Positions 63,966-64,000 of a stretch of DNA of 64,000 nt are shown one piece after another. Numbering within the stretch: position 1 is the stretch's first letter; the number at the start of each line of letters is the position of its first letter. The notes beneath the pieces were generated by a model. The model worked only from the letters and a program-made list of their open reading frames with translations. It searched no databases and was not told the origin of the DNA. The position numbers and the translations under genes were made by a program. Origin of the DNA: a virus; the IMG/VR virus record IMGVR_UViG_3300045912_000789, positions 32,001-96,000 of that record. The stretch is one strand, 5' to 3'.

Positions 63966-64000
63966 TGGCACGGACCACTGGATCGCCGTCCCACAACCGC
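63965..64000 (+). CDS. Start of a gene translationally coupled to the RNAP (partial)
   Basis: TGATG overlap; MARTTGSPSHNR... open to the window end. Confidence 0.4.
   Translation, partial: MARTTGSPSHNR

Noticed and set aside
57588-63971. 2127-aa antisense ORF, and similar long shadow ORFs such as 14432..19675, 19808..22816, 51239..53149 and 35202..37214
   Set aside because: They mirror real genes on the opposite strand. Stop-free antisense frames are expected with extreme GC3 bias, and the translations have no motifs.
1-64000. Stop-codon reassignment, introns or inteins in conserved genes; tRNA genes; integrase
   Set aside because: TGA and TAG end genes at expected lengths with tight coupling. 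PolA, helicase, RecA and RNAP look uninterrupted. No tRNA-like or integrase sequence was recognised by eye (tRNAscan not run).

Overview
A 64-kb fragment of a large, high-GC (roughly 65-70% by eye) tailed dsDNA phage, probably a jumbo myovirus-like lineage, using the standard genetic code. I found no cellular housekeeping genes, rRNA, tRNA or CRISPR array. The + strand carries virion and lysis genes: baseplate hub, gp25-like and J-like wedge proteins, a PKD-domain baseplate protein, tail fibre, portal, Gly/Ala-rich head-associated proteins, an amidase endolysin, and holin/spanin-like proteins. It also carries a sigma70-family factor (5944..6774) and a 2076-aa single-chain fused beta-beta' RNA polymerase (57735..63965). 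The - strand carries a replication/recombination block (PolA, primase, DnaB, Zn-rich SSB-like protein, RecA, two resolvase-like nucleases, Cas4-like nuclease, UDG-like protein, SF2 helicase), a stand-alone receiver domain, and a MoxR AAA/VWA-peptidase pair. The most striking pattern is two mutually exclusive upstream motifs. (A) TANNNT-N6-ATG/GTG, leaderless, three times with a TTG -35 box at 18 nt, precedes seven structural or structural-cluster genes and the RNAP gene. (B) (C/G)CTAT(A/C/G)AG(C/G) precedes the sigma gene and - strand replication/accessory genes. The two sit back-to-back at four divergent junctions. My inference is a phage-encoded transcription cascade: a virion-packaged, predicted rifampicin-resistant single-chain RNAP reads the B promoters early, including that of the phage sigma, and sigma-dependent leaderless transcription then expresses late genes. 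Functional calls rest on motif recognition by eye; no database searches were run.
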